Sequence record: DRR723986_2438
Strand: one strand, 5' to 3'
DNA: 35,781 nt
This document shows, piece after piece, positions 35,772 to 35,781 of the stretch. Numbering within the stretch: the stretch's first letter is position 1; each line of letters starts with the position of its first letter. A program made the translations under genes and the position numbers. Below the pieces are notes generated by a model. It was not told the origin of the DNA, made no database searches, and saw nothing but the letters and a program-made list of their open reading frames with translations.

Positions 35772-35781
35772 GACTATAATT

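Noticed and set aside
17617-35781. Stress island as a mobile element
   Set aside because: No integrase, transposase, tRNA or flanking direct repeat visible, and no obvious compositional break by eye
1-35781. CRISPR arrays, tRNA/rRNA genes, IS transposases
   Set aside because: No regularly spaced direct repeats, cloverleaf-like sequences or transposase ORFs seen

Overview
AT-rich chromosomal window from a Bacteroidota bacterium, most likely a marine Flavobacteriaceae member (TAnnTTTG -7 promoters, T9SS C-terminal domain, DUF6090-like gene). It has three parts. (i) 1-1020: a DUF6090-like gene flanked by attC-like inverted sites and a dense hairpin cluster, resembling the end of an integron-like cassette array. 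(ii) 1229-17529: housekeeping block (TlpA-like lipoprotein, pheT, tpx, dgkA, M15 peptidase, ftsK-lolA-lptF/G-ribB, GH16, kdnA-like aminotransferase, nitroreductase). (iii) 17617-35781: an ~18 kb stress/dormancy island with six universal stress proteins, Hsp20, a beta-CASP nuclease, an ATP-cone/PD-(D/E)xK protein, a release-factor-like small protein, thioredoxin and an ABC exporter, around a heme-PAS-like + LOV + PAS histidine kinase and a REC-Crp/Fnr regulator. Nine FNR-like TGA-N6-TCA boxes each sit exactly 23 nt from a -7 element (10 promoters, one box bidirectional). One of these promoters drives no ORF, only ~93 nt ending in an intrinsic terminator, which is a candidate unannotated sRNA. 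All family assignments come from motif recognition by eye; no searches were run.
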